A stretch of 64,000 nucleotides of DNA, taken from NCBI RefSeq assembly GCF_009914755.1, contig NC_060927.1; one strand, 5' to 3'. Below are positions 13,236-27,571 of the stretch, one piece after another. How positions within the stretch are numbered: position 1 is the stretch's first letter; each line of letters starts with the position of its first letter. The stretch is from the human T2T-CHM13v2.0 reference genome, Homo sapiens. Position numbers and translations under genes: made by a program. Under the pieces are notes generated by a model, which ran no database searches, was not told the origin of the DNA, and saw only the letters and a program-made list of their open reading frames with translations.

Positions 13236-13474
13236 GTGAGCTACCAGTATTATATCATAATTTTAAGGGAAAATAACAGTAACCTGGTCAAAATGAGTGG
13301 CAATTGTAAGACAGAAGAGTTGAGGAAAAGGTCAATGGCTTTCCACTTAATTATTTATTTTTATCAGAAAGCCAAAAACACTTTAGTCGCAGAGGCTTTT
13401 TTCCAATATTGTGAAAGTCGCGGTATATTTCTGTTTAAAAACAGTCTTATTTAGACAAAATGTTAAATATTCTG

Positions 13475-13777
13475 TTTTGTTTGTTTGTTTTGTTTTGTTT
13501 TTTGACAGAGTCTTGCTCTGTCTCCCAGGCTGCATGCAGTGGCACAATCTGGGCTCACTGCAACCTCTACCTCTAGAGTTCAAGGGATTCTCCCATCTCA
13601 GCTGGGACTACAGGCGTGTACCACCGTGACTGGCTAATTTTTGTAATTTTTATTTTTTGTACACATGAGGTTTCACCATGCTGCCCAGGCCAGTCTCAAA
13701 TCCCTGGCCTCAAATGATCTGCCCAACTCAGCTTCCCAAAGTACTAGGATTATAGAGGTGAGTCACCACGCCCAGCC
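13475..13777 (-). mobile_element. AluJ-like element
   Basis: (TTTG)n decayed tail, gacagagtcttgctctg...ctggcctcaaatgatctgccc...accacgcccagcc; highly diverged. Confidence 0.88.
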
Positions 13778-14859
13778 TTTTTTGTTTGTTTTTTGTTGTT
13801 GTTGTTGTTGTTTGTTTTTTTAAAGAAAGTATACCTTTAAGAGAGTACCATTCTTTCTAGCTGCTCTATTAATGAGCTAAGAAGCAAGATGCCTGAAACA
13901 CAGGGTTCACAGAATGAATACCATTGCTTGCCAGTGGCTGAAGCAGTGAAGAGAAATAAAGAATGAGAAAATTGCTGATGAATCCTTTCACTAGAGAAGA
14001 ACATCCAGGCAGAGGATAAAAGGGATCTTATAATCTTTATTTCTTCTGACCACAAGGGCCACAGAATTATTTTCCTTGTACAAAAGCTACTTAACCAATA
14101 GAAAAGAGGTAGTTTGAGCAGAAAATACCCAAAGAGAAAATAATGTGCTAACAAGGCACTTAAATTCTTCCAGATATTTACACAGAAAATTAAAGACTTC
14201 TCCTAATAGGGAACAGGGGATGGTGTAAGTACTTGTAAAAGTCTTTTATTGCCAAATTCTAAAACAATTGGAAACTCAAGCTCAGAGAAGGCACAATATA
14301 GTTCCTTTAAAGCTACAATTGCAGAGAAATACTTCAAAGTGAATTCTTCTTTAAACCGACTTCAGACCAGAGTCAAATTCAACAATGATTCGTAAGACAA
14401 AATTAATATTAGAAAGCTAATCAGGCATTTGCATTTTATCAAATTACAATTTCTAATGTATCAGTTCTTGAAAAATGCATGCAAAACCAGTATTTGGTAA
14501 TTATCAATTCTACTAATTTTATAATAATATGTTTCTTGGAAAAAAAAGAATGTTTTGTGTTAAATGTTCTTCTTTTATTGTTTCACACTAGCAGAAAATC
14601 AAATGTTTGAACCATACAACCAAAATATTAGTTACTTTACTTTATTTGTATTACATATCCAAAAATAATCATAGTGTCTAGAATATAATTAGAAATAAAC
14701 AAGTTATGAATAAATAATCTTGTAGAAAAATATGAAACGATGGCAAATTTTATGAAGTGAAGATGAGAATGGGAAAAGAAAAACTAACAGAATCATAGAA
14801 TAGCCAACATTTTAGGTTTTCTAATGATTTCAGGTCAGTAATACCCCAAAAATACCCTC

Positions 14860-15045
14860 TTATGTTTTTAAGTCTCAGTCTTGAGAGAGCATCTGGATTT
14901 TCATACAGGTATGGCCAAGGCAGATTACTTAACTGCTCCATGACTCATTTTTCTCATCTTTAAACATTGGTAGAATGATCATACGTACCTCATAATATTA
15001 TCTTATGCAAAAGGTAAGTTGGTGCATATAAAACACTTAAAATAA
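14860..15045 (+). mobile_element. MIR relic
   Basis: gggcagattacttaactgctccatgactcatttttctcatctttaaa...gtacctcata matches the MIR core. Confidence 0.65.
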
Positions 15046-15721
15046 AAATAAAAAAATTAAATTAAATTAAAAAAACACTTAAAAAGTAAATAATCAAATA
15101 ATTGGAAATTTTAAGGAAAATATAAGATGCTGACTGCCATATTTGATGCTGAATGTTTTTATTCCTGCAAAAATGCACATACAGTAGTGGAATACTTTTT
15201 AATGAACTGCATATTTCCTGGAAATGAATATAATTAATGAAACTAGTAATACTAATACTAATATTAATAAAACTATTAAGTAAAACAAAAGTATGGTTAA
15301 GCAAAGGAACTCAGAAAGAAACAAACAAAAGCAGGAATTAGCAAAAATCTATATGTGAAGAAAATCTTCATATGAAAGAGCAGAAATTTTTAATGTACAA
15401 ACATTTTACATATATGTAATGGTAATGATTGCTCACATTTCAGACACACAAAATAAAAGCTATCTCTATGTTATGAATTTTCTGATATGATACATGGTTC
15501 TGAAACGCTCAAATTAATTATGACGAGATCAGGTAATATGTTAGAGTTGACCAGATAAGGTTCTTTTTGCCAAGCATGATATTGAATATTCAATCTCACC
15601 ATCAGAAGCCCCTCACATTTTTAATTTACAGGTACTATGTGGTGTGCAGGACTTGAGTTAGAAGAGTAATGCATGTCTGCTAATTAAAATGTCAACATCT
15701 ACCTGTGATAAAATGACTTTA

Positions 15722-15800
15722 CTTCCTTCCTTTTTTCCTTCTATCCTTCCTTCTTTCCTTTTCTTCCTTCCCTTCTTTCTTTTGTTCTTTCTTTCATTTT
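15722..15800. repeat. (TTCC/TTTC)n polypyrimidine low-complexity tract
   Basis: Direct read. Confidence 0.75.
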
Positions 15801-16099
15801 ATTTCTTACCTAATTTTTGTTCTTCAATGTTAAAAGAATGTGTTTACCTAAAAAGTGTGATGTTTTAAAGGTATTTCACATTAACATTTCATTCGCTCTC
15901 ATGTAGACAACATTTCATACGTAATTTAGCTTCATGTTTCCTTGATCCACGTTCCCTTCTCTTGAATCCTAGCAGTGGTTATTCTCCACATCTTAGCTCT
16001 TGGAATGTTGTGTTCTCCCTTCATGGGTTACCTACTCTTACTATGTAAGCTTTTATTTTTACAGATTCCTTCAGAGTCTAAATCTCTACCATTTACTCC

Positions 16100-16500
16100 A
16101 GTTAATTTATCATTTGCATCATTTAGCTTTCTACTTGGTGAGTAACTCAACATCACTTATAACTCAATGTGTCAAGAACAAAAAGTATTGCTTTCCTCAA
16201 AAAACACATGTCTCCTGTGTTTCTATGTCGGTTGGTTATATCCTCCTTCTTCCAATAACTTCAGTGTGAAAACATAGAGTCGTATTTATTCATTACTTTC
16301 GTTTGGGCATCATATCTATTTGACTTCTGAAATATATATCTTATTGTCTTTCTTTTATCTCCATCTTAGTTCTCAAATTCCACCCTGGAATTTTATCTAT
16401 GCACAATCAGATTTTGAAAAAAAAACCTCTTCGCTGATACTTTAGCCTACTTGCACTTTTTAATTCTTGACTCCGTGTCCACAATCATATTGTCTGCCAT
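16100..16500 (+). mobile_element. L2 relic
   Basis: aactcaatgtgtcaagaac...tcctgtgtttctatgtcggt...aaaacatagagtc resembles the L2 3' region; very diverged. Confidence 0.5.
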
Positions 16501-17981
16501 GCTCTGGAATTAGTTCAATTTTGTTCCATCCAAATCCTACTAATATCTTCCTCCTAATAACTTGCCTTAAAAATCTGACACTTAATGATGCTTGTATTTA
16601 ATATTTTGTCTCTAACCTATATTCTTGAGTTGTTTGTTATTGTATGGCTGTAGTATATAGAATATTAAGTTGGAAAGACATTTTGACAAAAAAGTCCAGA
16701 TCTTCTATTTTAAAGTTATGAACTCTGGACATGCCACATTTAATACTTGAAAGCTTCTTCAAGGAAGAACAAATGTGTCATTTCTCTGTATTCTGCTTTC
16801 CCCATAACCTGTACATTTAGTCCAGTGCAGGAAATCCACTAGGTACTAACCATTTCTGAGATACAAACTGATTAAGTGGCTTGATGAATTCTATCCTAAC
16901 AACAAAATCATAAGTTTCTTGATGGCTGATGGCAGAACTGGTCATGCCCTGTAATTCCTCTATAATCTTGAATAGACCTAATTGAGTATAAAGAATACAG
17001 GAGGTAGTAACTTGTTTTATTTCACGTAATTCTTCTTTTATGTACGTAAATAAATGTGTATATATAAAAAAGTATTATATCTGTGATAAGATGAAGATTA
17101 CTCTATGTTACTGACATAGAAATAAATCATTTACATGGCTGGTTAGTGATGAAGTCACATTTTAATGTAAGTCAGATACCAGAGGCCCCCAACTAGTTTT
17201 CATATTTTACTTCTTCTTCCCTATTTAGTAACAGTGCATAAATAATTAAATGTACTTCAGCTAGGTTGATTATGGAGCATGCATTTAAGTTATTTTTGAT
17301 ACCAAACTAATTTCATTGAATAGGTTCTAAGATAAAATCTATTCTTGTGTAAATCCCAATAAATAAAGCACTTATTTAACAAATATTTATTAAGTTCCTT
17401 ATATGAGTCAGACACTAAGCCATTACTAAGAAATAACATGATAGTGGGTGTATAGGCGAGTGGTGTTTTCCTTCTTCTGATACGAAGCACAGAGGAGGTA
17501 TTTGGCAAATTGGTGTCGGTTCTTTGAAAACAGGTAAGATTCTGAGACAAAAGTGTCCCACATATGTATAACTACATCAGCATTTTGTTGCTAGTAGGTA
17601 AGTTCCCATGCTGCAAAAACTTCAGGCTACTTCTTTATTAAAAAAAAAAAAAAAAGAAGAAGAGGAAAATACATTTATCTGCATCCCTGATGTCCTAAAT
17701 CCTAGTGAGAGACTCATTCATTGTTTTTATGGCTTCGCTTTTAATATGGAAAACTCCTGGTATAATTTGCACATTAATTTGTATGAGTCCTCACATCTGC
17801 TGACTAGTTTATTTCTGAAATTTTCATGAATGCCAATCCAGTGTTTTCTTTGATATATATTGGATAGTTGACTAGACTAGACTGAGTAAGAGATTAGAAT
17901 ATGTTACTTTTGAGTCTGCTTTGTACTTTTGTTCTTTCACAGAAATCTTGTAACAAATGGCAAGGTGCAAAAATAATTTAT

Positions 17982-18215
17982 TATAATAACAGTCACTTAT
18001 GAGATGTTTACTTTGTGCTAGTCACTGTTTTACCAAATTCACACCTATAACTTTTAAATAGCATCAAACTCAATATTATGTGTACTAATATCATTTCTGT
18101 TTTACAGATGAGATTAAGTAGCTGATTTAAGATCACATAGTTTGGAAACGGCAGTGCCAATATTTGAAGAGATTCAATCTAGCTTTGGCATCTGTTTTTA
18201 TAATCACCATATAAT
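17982..18215 (-). mobile_element. MIR relic
   Basis: cacttatgagatgtttactttgtgctagtcactg...ttttacagatgag...aagatcacatag. Confidence 0.7.
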
Positions 18216-18414
18216 ACTTCATCTCAAGAGTTTAGCAAAAGTTTTTGACTATTCATGTTATTCTCTACCGCATGACATTTGAACTTGATGCTAAGTACAC
18301 ACTGAGGACTACAGCTCACTGTTTTTGTTTTCATGGTGGAAAAAAAATGATGTAAATGCTTTGTGATGGACTAGCACACATAAGGGGATAAAAGTTTAAC
18401 AATAAGTGTCATAA

Positions 18415-18936
<522 letters not shown>

Positions 18937-19039
18937 TGTAATCACTCTTTTATGTTTTCTCTCTGTTAACTCTAGAGGATATAGTATTTATTTGATTATT
19001 TTAACCACCACACAAAAACAAGAATAAACATTACGCTCA

Positions 19040-20060
19040 GTGTCAGAATTCAGGTATTGGGTGAGCAAATGTTTAAGCTAAAACATGAAATATAATAGAA
19101 TTTCCTACGTAGAATAAGATAAATAAGTAGCAAGTATTTAAGATTCAGAAAAAAATGTATAAATATCCCTAGATTGGATATAAACCATTATATTAGGAGG
19201 GTGATGTCAGAAGGGGAAGTGAAAATAGATGAGGCTGAAGACATACACATGAATATAGGATCCTAAAAGTGTCTTTAATGGGGTGATACTTAATCCTAAA
19301 TTCAATGTGAACCTCTTCAAGAGACTTGAGAATTAAGTGATCCAGTACACATACTATGATTACTTTAGATTCATCACATAACATTATTTCAAATGAGATA
19401 AATGTGAATTTAGTAAGATTGATAAGGGGGATCTTATAGAAAGCTAGGTGAAATTATGATAATCTGGACAATGCCTTGACTTTTAGAATGAAGAGCAATA
19501 AGATAATTTAGAGAATGGCAGGGGATGACAATAAGATTTGGTGACAAATTGAAAGTGTGAATAAGAGAGAGGAAGGTGTCATGTGTGGCACTGTGAGTTG
19601 GTAGCTGGGTATGGTGGCATCCTTCATTAGAATAGAGAATGCAGAATGGAAAGTAGGTTTAGGAATTTTTAATTTGAGACACTTGTGAAGATGTTTGGCA
19701 TATGAGCAGAGATGTGGTGAGCCGAGATGAAAACTGGTTATCATATCTGTGTCAGATACATAGATTTCTGAATACTAAATGTAAGGTGATGCTAGCAAAT
19801 ATGGTACCAAAGAAGAATGTTTGAGTAAATGGCAAGGTAATGATACTGAGTAAATCAGTTTTATGAGAAGAGAAGGCAATGAACAGGTGTTTTCTGAGGT
19901 GGCTAAAAAGGAACAGCTATAGAGGAAGAATTAAAACTAGCAGTCTGGGAGAACAAAAACCAAGAAAAATGTTTCAGAGATCAAATGTATTTACCCTAGA
20001 GAAAAAAAAAAGTAAAACTCTGGTTGATTTGGTGATGTTAAGAAGTTGTCTTCACCAGTT
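19040..20060 (-). mobile_element. L2 relic
   Basis: Purine-rich antisense L2 motifs (agatttggtgacaaattgaaagtgtga...gaggaaggtgtca...ttgagacacttgtgaag). Confidence 0.6.
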
Positions 20061-21537
20061 CAAATCATATTATATAGGAAAAATCCAAATATATTTTGGT
20101 GCTATAAAAAATGTATTTTTGTTTTTTGATTTCATTTTGGTTATTGTTTTTGTTTTTTGCTGTATGTTGAAACAAAGCAAACTCCTGCCACTTATTTTCA
20201 AAGCTAATGTCTTTACAGCTTGAACTTTGCAACATCTGGCAACATTCTAGAAAATTAAATGAAGAAATAGTTAATAAAAATTTATAAATAATTTTTCCCT
20301 TTTCCTTTATGGGTTCAATCTACATGTTTTTTCCATGTATGGGCTCAAATAATGCACTTTCTTAGCTGAACATTACCACCTAAAGGACATTTTTCCTGGA
20401 ATTCTCAAGATGGGCTATGCTTGCGTACTCAACTCTCCCAGAGCAATCTTTGCTTCAATCTCTTAAAATTATCTTTTATTTTCTTTCTACTAAATTTTCA
20501 ATTATAACGTATGGAGCTTCAATAAATGTGGAACTAAATTTGTATTTATATGCATTCTAAAACTGAGATCGGCTCTTCTGAACTATAAGAAAAAAATGAT
20601 TTTTGCCGAACAAGAATTCTGCTATGAACAAACAAGTGATATAAAATGAGAACTTTCTTCATCCTTCACATGCAGAATAATAGGGCAAGGAAGCCAGGCT
20701 ATAGGCACTATCTAGAGATTCTCTTTTGTTCTTTGGGGTAGTATTAGGCTTCTATGGGGGATTGCTTCTCTTGGTACTTATATAATTATTTCCTTAATGC
20801 AACTCTTGAATTTTCTCTTTTTGATTTAAGAGTACAGAATTCTTCTTGTGAATGTTTCCTTAGAGAAAGTTTCTGACAGCTCTAAGACTCATTTATTATC
20901 TCTTTCTCTCCTGTGTAAGAAATTTTCTCAGCAGTTGAAAGTTGTGAAATCTCCAAAATAAAGAAGGCTTCCCCCTTTCTAAATTCCTGTCATCACTCTT
21001 GTTTCCCTATAAACTGTTTATTCATTTATTCATTTATTTTTTTTCTAAAATTGCTCTATGAATCTTCAGTTTCAACAAGAAGAAAATAGAATTGTCTCAT
21101 GTCAAAATTTAGGTGATTACTAAGTAAGAGCTTTTATTAATGGAAACTAACTAATATAATAGAGCAATGTATATTGCAAATTCTGCAAATTGTTTATTTG
21201 AGTTAAATTTAAAGACCATTTATAGTCTGGACCAGATGTACCATGTTCATTATATTTTTAACTATTTTAGCATAATGGGGGGAAATTACTTGATTAGACC
21301 CTCTCTTGAAAGGTTTGTAGTTATAAAATTGTATGCCATAATACTTATTTTATTATATTGGCTTCAAAATAATGAATATACACCAATTCACAGTTATGAA
21401 AGATAAAATTTGTTTTTCATTAAAACTTTACTAATATTTACCCATGGAGACTTGAAATCAGGGACCCCAATGATAGGACTTAGAAAAATAGACTTCAAAC
21501 CCCTTTCTATGTTTTATAAGATGATTATGGGCCCATG

Positions 21538-21905
21538 TTTTAAAAACTTCTCTGCTTTGAGATAATTATAGTTTCACATGCAGTAAAAATAGTACACAGA
21601 GACCCCAAATCTGGTATACTCTTCTCCTAGTGCCCCAGAATGATAACGTCTGGTAACCAGAGTATACTACCACGATCAGGAAATTGACATTAAGTGAGTC
21701 CTAATAGACTTATTCAGATTTCTCATTTTACATGCACTTCTGAGTGTGTTTATGGAATTTCTGTGTAATTTTATTACATGTATAGATTTATGAGATCTGT
21801 ACCACAGTTAAGACAGAGAATTTTTCCATCAAAAGGATTTTGCTATGCTTTTGTAGCCGCAGCCAATTATCCTCCCTCTCCAGTTTCCTAGCCCCAGGGT
21901 GAACC
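21538..21905 (-). mobile_element. L1MC-type 3' end fragment
   Basis: gagataattatagtttcacatgcagt...caggaaattgacatt...accacagttaagacagagaat. Confidence 0.65.
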
Positions 21906-22492
21906 AGTTTCAAAACTGATTTGATTCTAAATGTCCCTGCTTGCTTGCTTTGTCTCACCTTTTTTCCTTTATTTCTTTCTTCCGTCTTTCCTTACTTCCT
22001 GTCTTTTCCTTTCTTTCTTTAATTCAAAGTGTCCTGCTCATTTTGGTTCTAAACTGGGGAAAGCTATATTGTTTCCCCTGTTTATACAGTTTTGGTCCTT
22101 TGTTCTGATCCACAACTGTCTTGATGAATGCCTGGCATTTGCAATTTATATTTCATTTAATTAGATTGAAGTTATAGAGACATAGTTATTTATAAGTGCA
22201 TATTTTATATTGGGAAGGAATGGGGGAGGTTGTGAAAATACATAATAAAATAATGAATTATACTTTAAAACTTGCATGGAGAAATCTGCATTTTTTCTAT
22301 CAAACCGTAAAGTGAGAGAAGTGAAAAAGAGAATTGCTGATTTGTAGTTTACAAACAATCCTAGGAATGTCAAGCAACAAATTAGACCACAATAAAATAA
22401 GTACTCATATACATTACTGATGGTAGTGCATACTACTTTAACCACTTTGGAGAATACTTTTGTAGTACGCGCAATCAAGCATTAAAATTTGA

Positions 22493-23806
22493 TTTATTTA
22501 TTTTTAACTTTTATTTTTGGTTCAGGGAAACATGTGCAGGTTTATTATATCAGTAAACTGTGTGTTGCAGGGGCTTAGTGTACAGATTATTTCATCACCT
22601 AGGTAATAAGCGTAGTACCTCATAGGCAGTTTTTCGACTCCCACCTTCCTCCGTCCTTCCACCCTCAATTAGCCCCAGTGTCTGCTGTTCCCTTTTTTGT
22701 GTCCATCCGTAATCAGTGTTTAGATCCCACTTATAACTAAGAACCTGTGGTATTTGTTTTTCTGTTCCTGTGTTCATTCGCTTAGAATAATGGTCTCCAG
22801 CTCCATCCACATTGCTGCAAGGAACACAATATACTTCTTTTATGAAAGCATAGCATTCCATGGTGTATATGCATCACATTTTCTTTATCCAGTCTACCAT
22901 ACATGGGCATTTAGGTTGACTCAATGTCTTTGCTGTTGTGAATGGTGCTGTGATCAACCTACAGGTCCATGTGTCTTTATGGTAGGATGATTTATATTCA
23001 TCTGGGTATATACTGTATATGGGGGTTGATGGGTCGAATGGTAATTCTGCTTTGAGTTATCTGAGAAATTGCCAAACTGCTTTCCACAGTGGCTGAACTA
23101 ATTTACGTTCATCAGCAGTGTATGAGCATTCCCTTTTCTGTGCAACTTTACCAGCATCTGTTATTTTATGACTTTTTAATAAAAGCCATTCTGACTCGTA
23201 TGAGATAGTATCTCATTGTGGTTTTGATTTGATTTCTCTAATGATTAGTGATTTTGAGTATTTTTCATTTGCTTGAAGGCCATGTGTATGTCTTCTTTGG
23301 AAAAAAGTGCATGTTCATATCCTTTGCCCACTTTTTAATGGGATAGTTTCTTTTCTGCTTATAAATTTAAGTTCCTCATAGTTTCTGGATATTAAACCTT
23401 TGTCATGCATAGTTTGAAAATATTTTCTTCAATTCTGTAGTTGTCTGTTTACTCTGGGGATAGCTTCTTTTACTGAACGGAAGCTCTTTAATTTAATTGG
23501 GTTGTATTTGTCAATTTTTGTTTCTGTTGCAATTGTTTTTGGAGTCTTTGTCATGAAATTTTTGCCAGCTTCTATATCAGGAATAGTATTTTCTAGGTTA
23601 TCATCTAGGGTTTTTATAGTTTGAAGTCATACATCTAAGTCTTTATCTTGAGTTTTTTTTTGTATATATGTAAAGAAGGGGTCCAGTTTCAATCTTCTGC
23701 ATATGGTTATACAGTTATACCAGCACCATTTATTGAATAGGGAGTCATTTCCTCATTGCTTGTTTTTGTTGACTTTGTCAAAGATCAGATATTTTTAGGT
23801 GTGCAG
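22493..23806 (-). mobile_element. L1PA15/16-like element, 3' part (split by HERV-H)
   Basis: T-rich tail, then ggttcagggaaacatgtgcagg...gtacagattatttcatcacc...; antisense ORF2 3' region. Confidence 0.88.
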
Positions 23807-24207
23807 TTTCACTTGCGTCCCTGTGAAGAGGCCACCAAACAGGCTTTGTGTGAGCAACAAGGCTGTTTGTTTCACCTGGGTGCAGGGCTGTGTCCGAAAA
23901 GAGAGTCAGTGAAGGGAGATAGGGGTGGGGCTGTTTTATAGGGTTTGGGTAGGTAAAGGAAAAAGGGGGGTTGTTCTCTGGCAGGCAGGAGTGGGGGTCA
24001 CAAGGTGCTCAGTAGGGGAGCTTTTGAGCCAGGATGAGCCAGGAGAAGGAATCTCACAAGATAATGCCATCAGTTAAGGCAAGAACAGGCCATTTTCATT
24101 TCTTTTGTGGTGGAATGTCATCAGTTAAGGCAGGAACCGGCCATCTGGATGTGGATGTGCAGGTCACAGGGGATATGATGGCTTAGCTTGGGCTCGGAGG
24201 CCTGACA
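23807..24207 (-). repeat. HERV-H 3' LTR (LTR7B-type)
   Basis: Minus strand TGTCAGGCCTC...GTGAAA; gagccaggatgagccaggagaagg and duplicated catcagttaaggcag block; preceded on the minus strand by PPT agaagacaggaa (24208-24219). Confidence 0.93.
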
Positions 24208-25278
24208 TTCCTGTCTTCTTATATTAATGAGAAAAATAAAACGAAATAGTGGTAAAGTGTTGGGATGGCGAAAATTTGGGGGGATAGTATGGAGAGATAA
24301 TGGGCGATGTTTCTCAGGGCTGCTTTGAGCGGGATTAGGGGTAGCATGGGAACCTAGAGTGGGAGAGATTAAGCTGAGGGAAGATTTTGTGGTAAGGGGT
24401 GACATTGTGGGACTGTTAGAAGAAATATTTGTCATTTAGAATTATTGGTGATGGCCTGGATACGGTTTTGTATGTATTGAAAAACTAAAGGGAATAAGAG
24501 AAGGAGAAAAACAGGTATTAAAGGACTAAGAATTGGGAGGACTTAGGACATCTAATTAGAGAGTGCCTAAGGAGGTTCAGCATAGCCTTGCCAGCAAAGA
24601 TTATTTATTTACTTTAAGAGTTAAGAGTGGCAGTCTGGGGATAGCACCAGGAGATATCAGCTGTGATGGCTTGGAGAAACGGTGTAAACCGGCAGTGTAA
24701 ACAAGAGCAGGGCATATATGAGTAGTCGAGAACGGTGAATAGGAGTATGACTAGACAGAAGATAGTAGGGATGACAAGTTTTTGGGGCACAGTCCAAGTT
24801 GGTCTGATGTCTGGAATGAGACTGGGGCTTAATAAAATGGAGCGTCCATACAGGAGCTCAAATGGGCTGTACCCTGTAGCATTCTGAGGACAGGCCTAAA
24901 TTCTGAGAAAAGAAAGAGGTAAAAGTACTGTCTAGTCCTTTTTAAGTTGGTGACTGAGCTTGGTGAGGTGTGTTTTTAAAAGACCATTAGTCCATTCTAC
25001 CTTTCCTGAAGACTGAGGACTGTAAGGGATATAAAGGTTTCACTGAATACCAAGAGCCTGAAAAACTGCTTGGCTGATTTGATGAATAAAGGCCGGTCTA
25101 CTATTGGACTGCCTAGAGGTGGGAAGGCCAAACCGAGTAATTTTGACTGACAGAAGGGAAGAAGTGACCGTGGTGGCCTTCTTAGACCCTGTGGGAAAGG
25201 CCTGTACCTATCCAGTGAAAGTGTCTACCTAGACCAAGAGGTATTTTAGTTTCCTGACTCGGGGCATGTTGAGTAAAG

Positions 25279-26708
25279 CTAATTTGCCAGTCCTGGGTGG
25301 GGGCAAATCCCTGAGCTTGATGTGTAGGGAAGGGAGGGGGCCTGAATAATCCCTGAGAAGTAGCAGAATAGCAGATGGAACACTGAGAAGTGATTTCCTT
25401 GAGGATAGATTTCCATGATGGAAAGGAAATGAGAGGTTCTAAGAGGCAGGCTAGTGGCTTGTACTATATCATAGCCTGCCTTTGCTGGCATGTGGCGATT
25501 AGGCCTGGTGGAACTGCCATCAATAAACCAGGTGTGATCAGGGTGAGAAACAGGGAAGAAGGAAATGTGGGGAAATGGGGTGAACGTCAGGTGGATCAGA
25601 GAGATGCAGTCATGAGGGTCAAGTGTGGTATCAGGAATAATGTGAGAGGCCACATTGAAGTCCGAGCCAGGAACAATGGTAATTGTGGGAGACTCAACAA
25701 AGAGTGAGTACAGCTGAAGGAGCCAGGGAGCAGAAAGTATACGTGTCAGGTGTGAGGAAGAAAATAGATTTCGGAAATTATGAGAGCTGTAGAGAGTGAG
25801 TTGAGCATATTTTGTGATTTTAAGGGCCTCTAAAAGTATTAGGGCGGCAGCAGCCGCTGCATGGAGACATGATGGCCAGCCTAAAACAGTAAGGTCAAGT
25901 TATTTGGACAAAAAGGCTACAGGACGTGATCCCGGTCCTTGTGTAAGAATTCCGACTTCACAGCCCTGCCCTTCGGCTGTGTGTAATGAAAAGGGTTGGG
26001 ATGAGTCAGGGAGAGCTAGGATGGGGGCAGCCTCTAAAGCTGTCTTCAAGGAATGGAAAGAGGAGTGGGGAAAGGATTTAGGATCTATGGGGTCAGCTAG
26101 GTTTCCTTTTGTGAGTTTATATAATGGTTTTGTTAGGATGGCAAAACCAGGTATCCAAACGTGAAAGTATCCAACCATGCCCAGGAAGGAAAGGAGTTGT
26201 TGTTTTGTAGAAGGGATTGGGGTTTGGGAGATTAGCTGGACACGATCAGCAGGGAGAGTGCATGTGTTTTTCTGAGAATTATGCTGAGATAGGTAACAGA
26301 TGAGGAAGAAATTTGGGCTTGACTGAAGTAATGGGGGCTATCTGTGAAGCTTTGCAGCAGTAAAGCCTAGGTAATTTGCTGAGCTTGATGGGTGTCAGGG
26401 TCAGTCCAGGTGAAAGCAAAGAGAGGCTGGGATGAAGGGTGCAAAGGAATAGTAAAGAAAGCATGTTTCAGATCCAGAACAGAATAATGGATTGTGGAGG
26501 GAGTTATCAAGTATAGGAGAGTATATGGGTTTAGCACCATGGGGTGGATAGGCAAAACAATTTGGTTGATAAGGCATAGATCCTGAACTAACTTGTAAGG
26601 CTTGTCTGGTTTTAGGACAGGTAAAATGGGGGAATTGTAAGGAGAGTTTATAGGCTTTAAAAGGCCACGCTGTAGCAGGCGAGTGATAACAGGCTTTAAT
26701 CCTTTCAA
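25279..26708 (-). pseudogene. pol: HERV-H pol remnants (RT, connection, RNase H), broken by deletions and frameshifts
   Basis: ORFs 26367-26708 (YKLVQDL...SVLDLKHAFFTIPLHPSSQPLFAFTW), 25900-26178 (WIPGFAILTKPLY...RPVAFLSK) and 25279-25653 (WFIDGSS). Confidence 0.92.
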
Positions 26709-27256
26709 AGCATGCTGTGGGATGCGATATTGGCATTAAGCAGGGCAAGGGTGATTAGGTTTTAATGAGATGGTAAGGGGTGCATGATTGGTCACCAAGG
26801 AGGGAGTAGAGATATCTTATACTTGTGGGTTAAGGTGGGGGGATGCAAGAGGAGGAAGCAAAGGAGGCTTTGGATTGGGAAGAAGGGCGGCAATGAGATG
26901 TAGCTGTACTCCAGGAATAGTCAGGGAAGCAGATAATTTAGTTAAAGTGTCTCAGCCTAATAAGGAAACTGGGCAGGTGGGGATAACTAAAAAGGAGTGC
27001 TTAAAAGAGTATTGTCTAAGTTGACACCAGATTTGGGGAGTTTTAGGAGGTTTAGCAGCCTGGCTGTCAATACCCACAACAGTTATGGAGGCAAGGGAAA
27101 CAGGCCCTTGAAAAGAAAGTAATGTGGAGTAGGTAGCCTCCGTATTGATTCAGAAGGGGACGGACTTACCCTCCACCGTGAGAGTTACCTAAAGCTCGGC
27201 GTCCGTGATGGTCTACAGGGCTTCCGAGGCAATCGGGCAGTGTCAGTCTTCAGCCG

Positions 27257-27571
27257 CTAAGCCAAGAAGATCTGGGAAGGAGTCAGCAGAGAGCCTTGGG
27301 CCAGAGTTCCAGGGGCTCTGGGAGTGGCTGCCAGGTGAGTTGAACAGTCTGATTTCCACTGGGGTCCCCCACAGATGGGACACAGCTTAGGAGGAATCCC
27401 GGGCTGCAGGCATTCCTTGGCTTGGTGGCCAGATTTCTGGCACTTGTAGCAAGCTCCTGGGGGAGGAGGTTCTGGAGGAACACCTGGCCACTGCGGTTTA
27501 GGTGTTTGGAAGTTCTTGTGTGCTGGAGATGTGGCTGGGGTTTGTCTCACAGTGGAGGCAAGGAATTGCAA
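27257..27571 (-). pseudogene. gag: HERV-H gag C-terminal (nucleocapsid) remnant
   Basis: CYKCQKSGHQAKEC CCHC zinc knuckle plus a degenerate second knuckle CPICGGPQWKSDC. Confidence 0.9.

Noticed and set aside
24208-24700. HERV-H env gene or the 104-aa ORF at 24121-24435
   Set aside because: The provirus is only 5.8 kb, the common env-deleted form; the ORF runs into the LTR and has no Env features.
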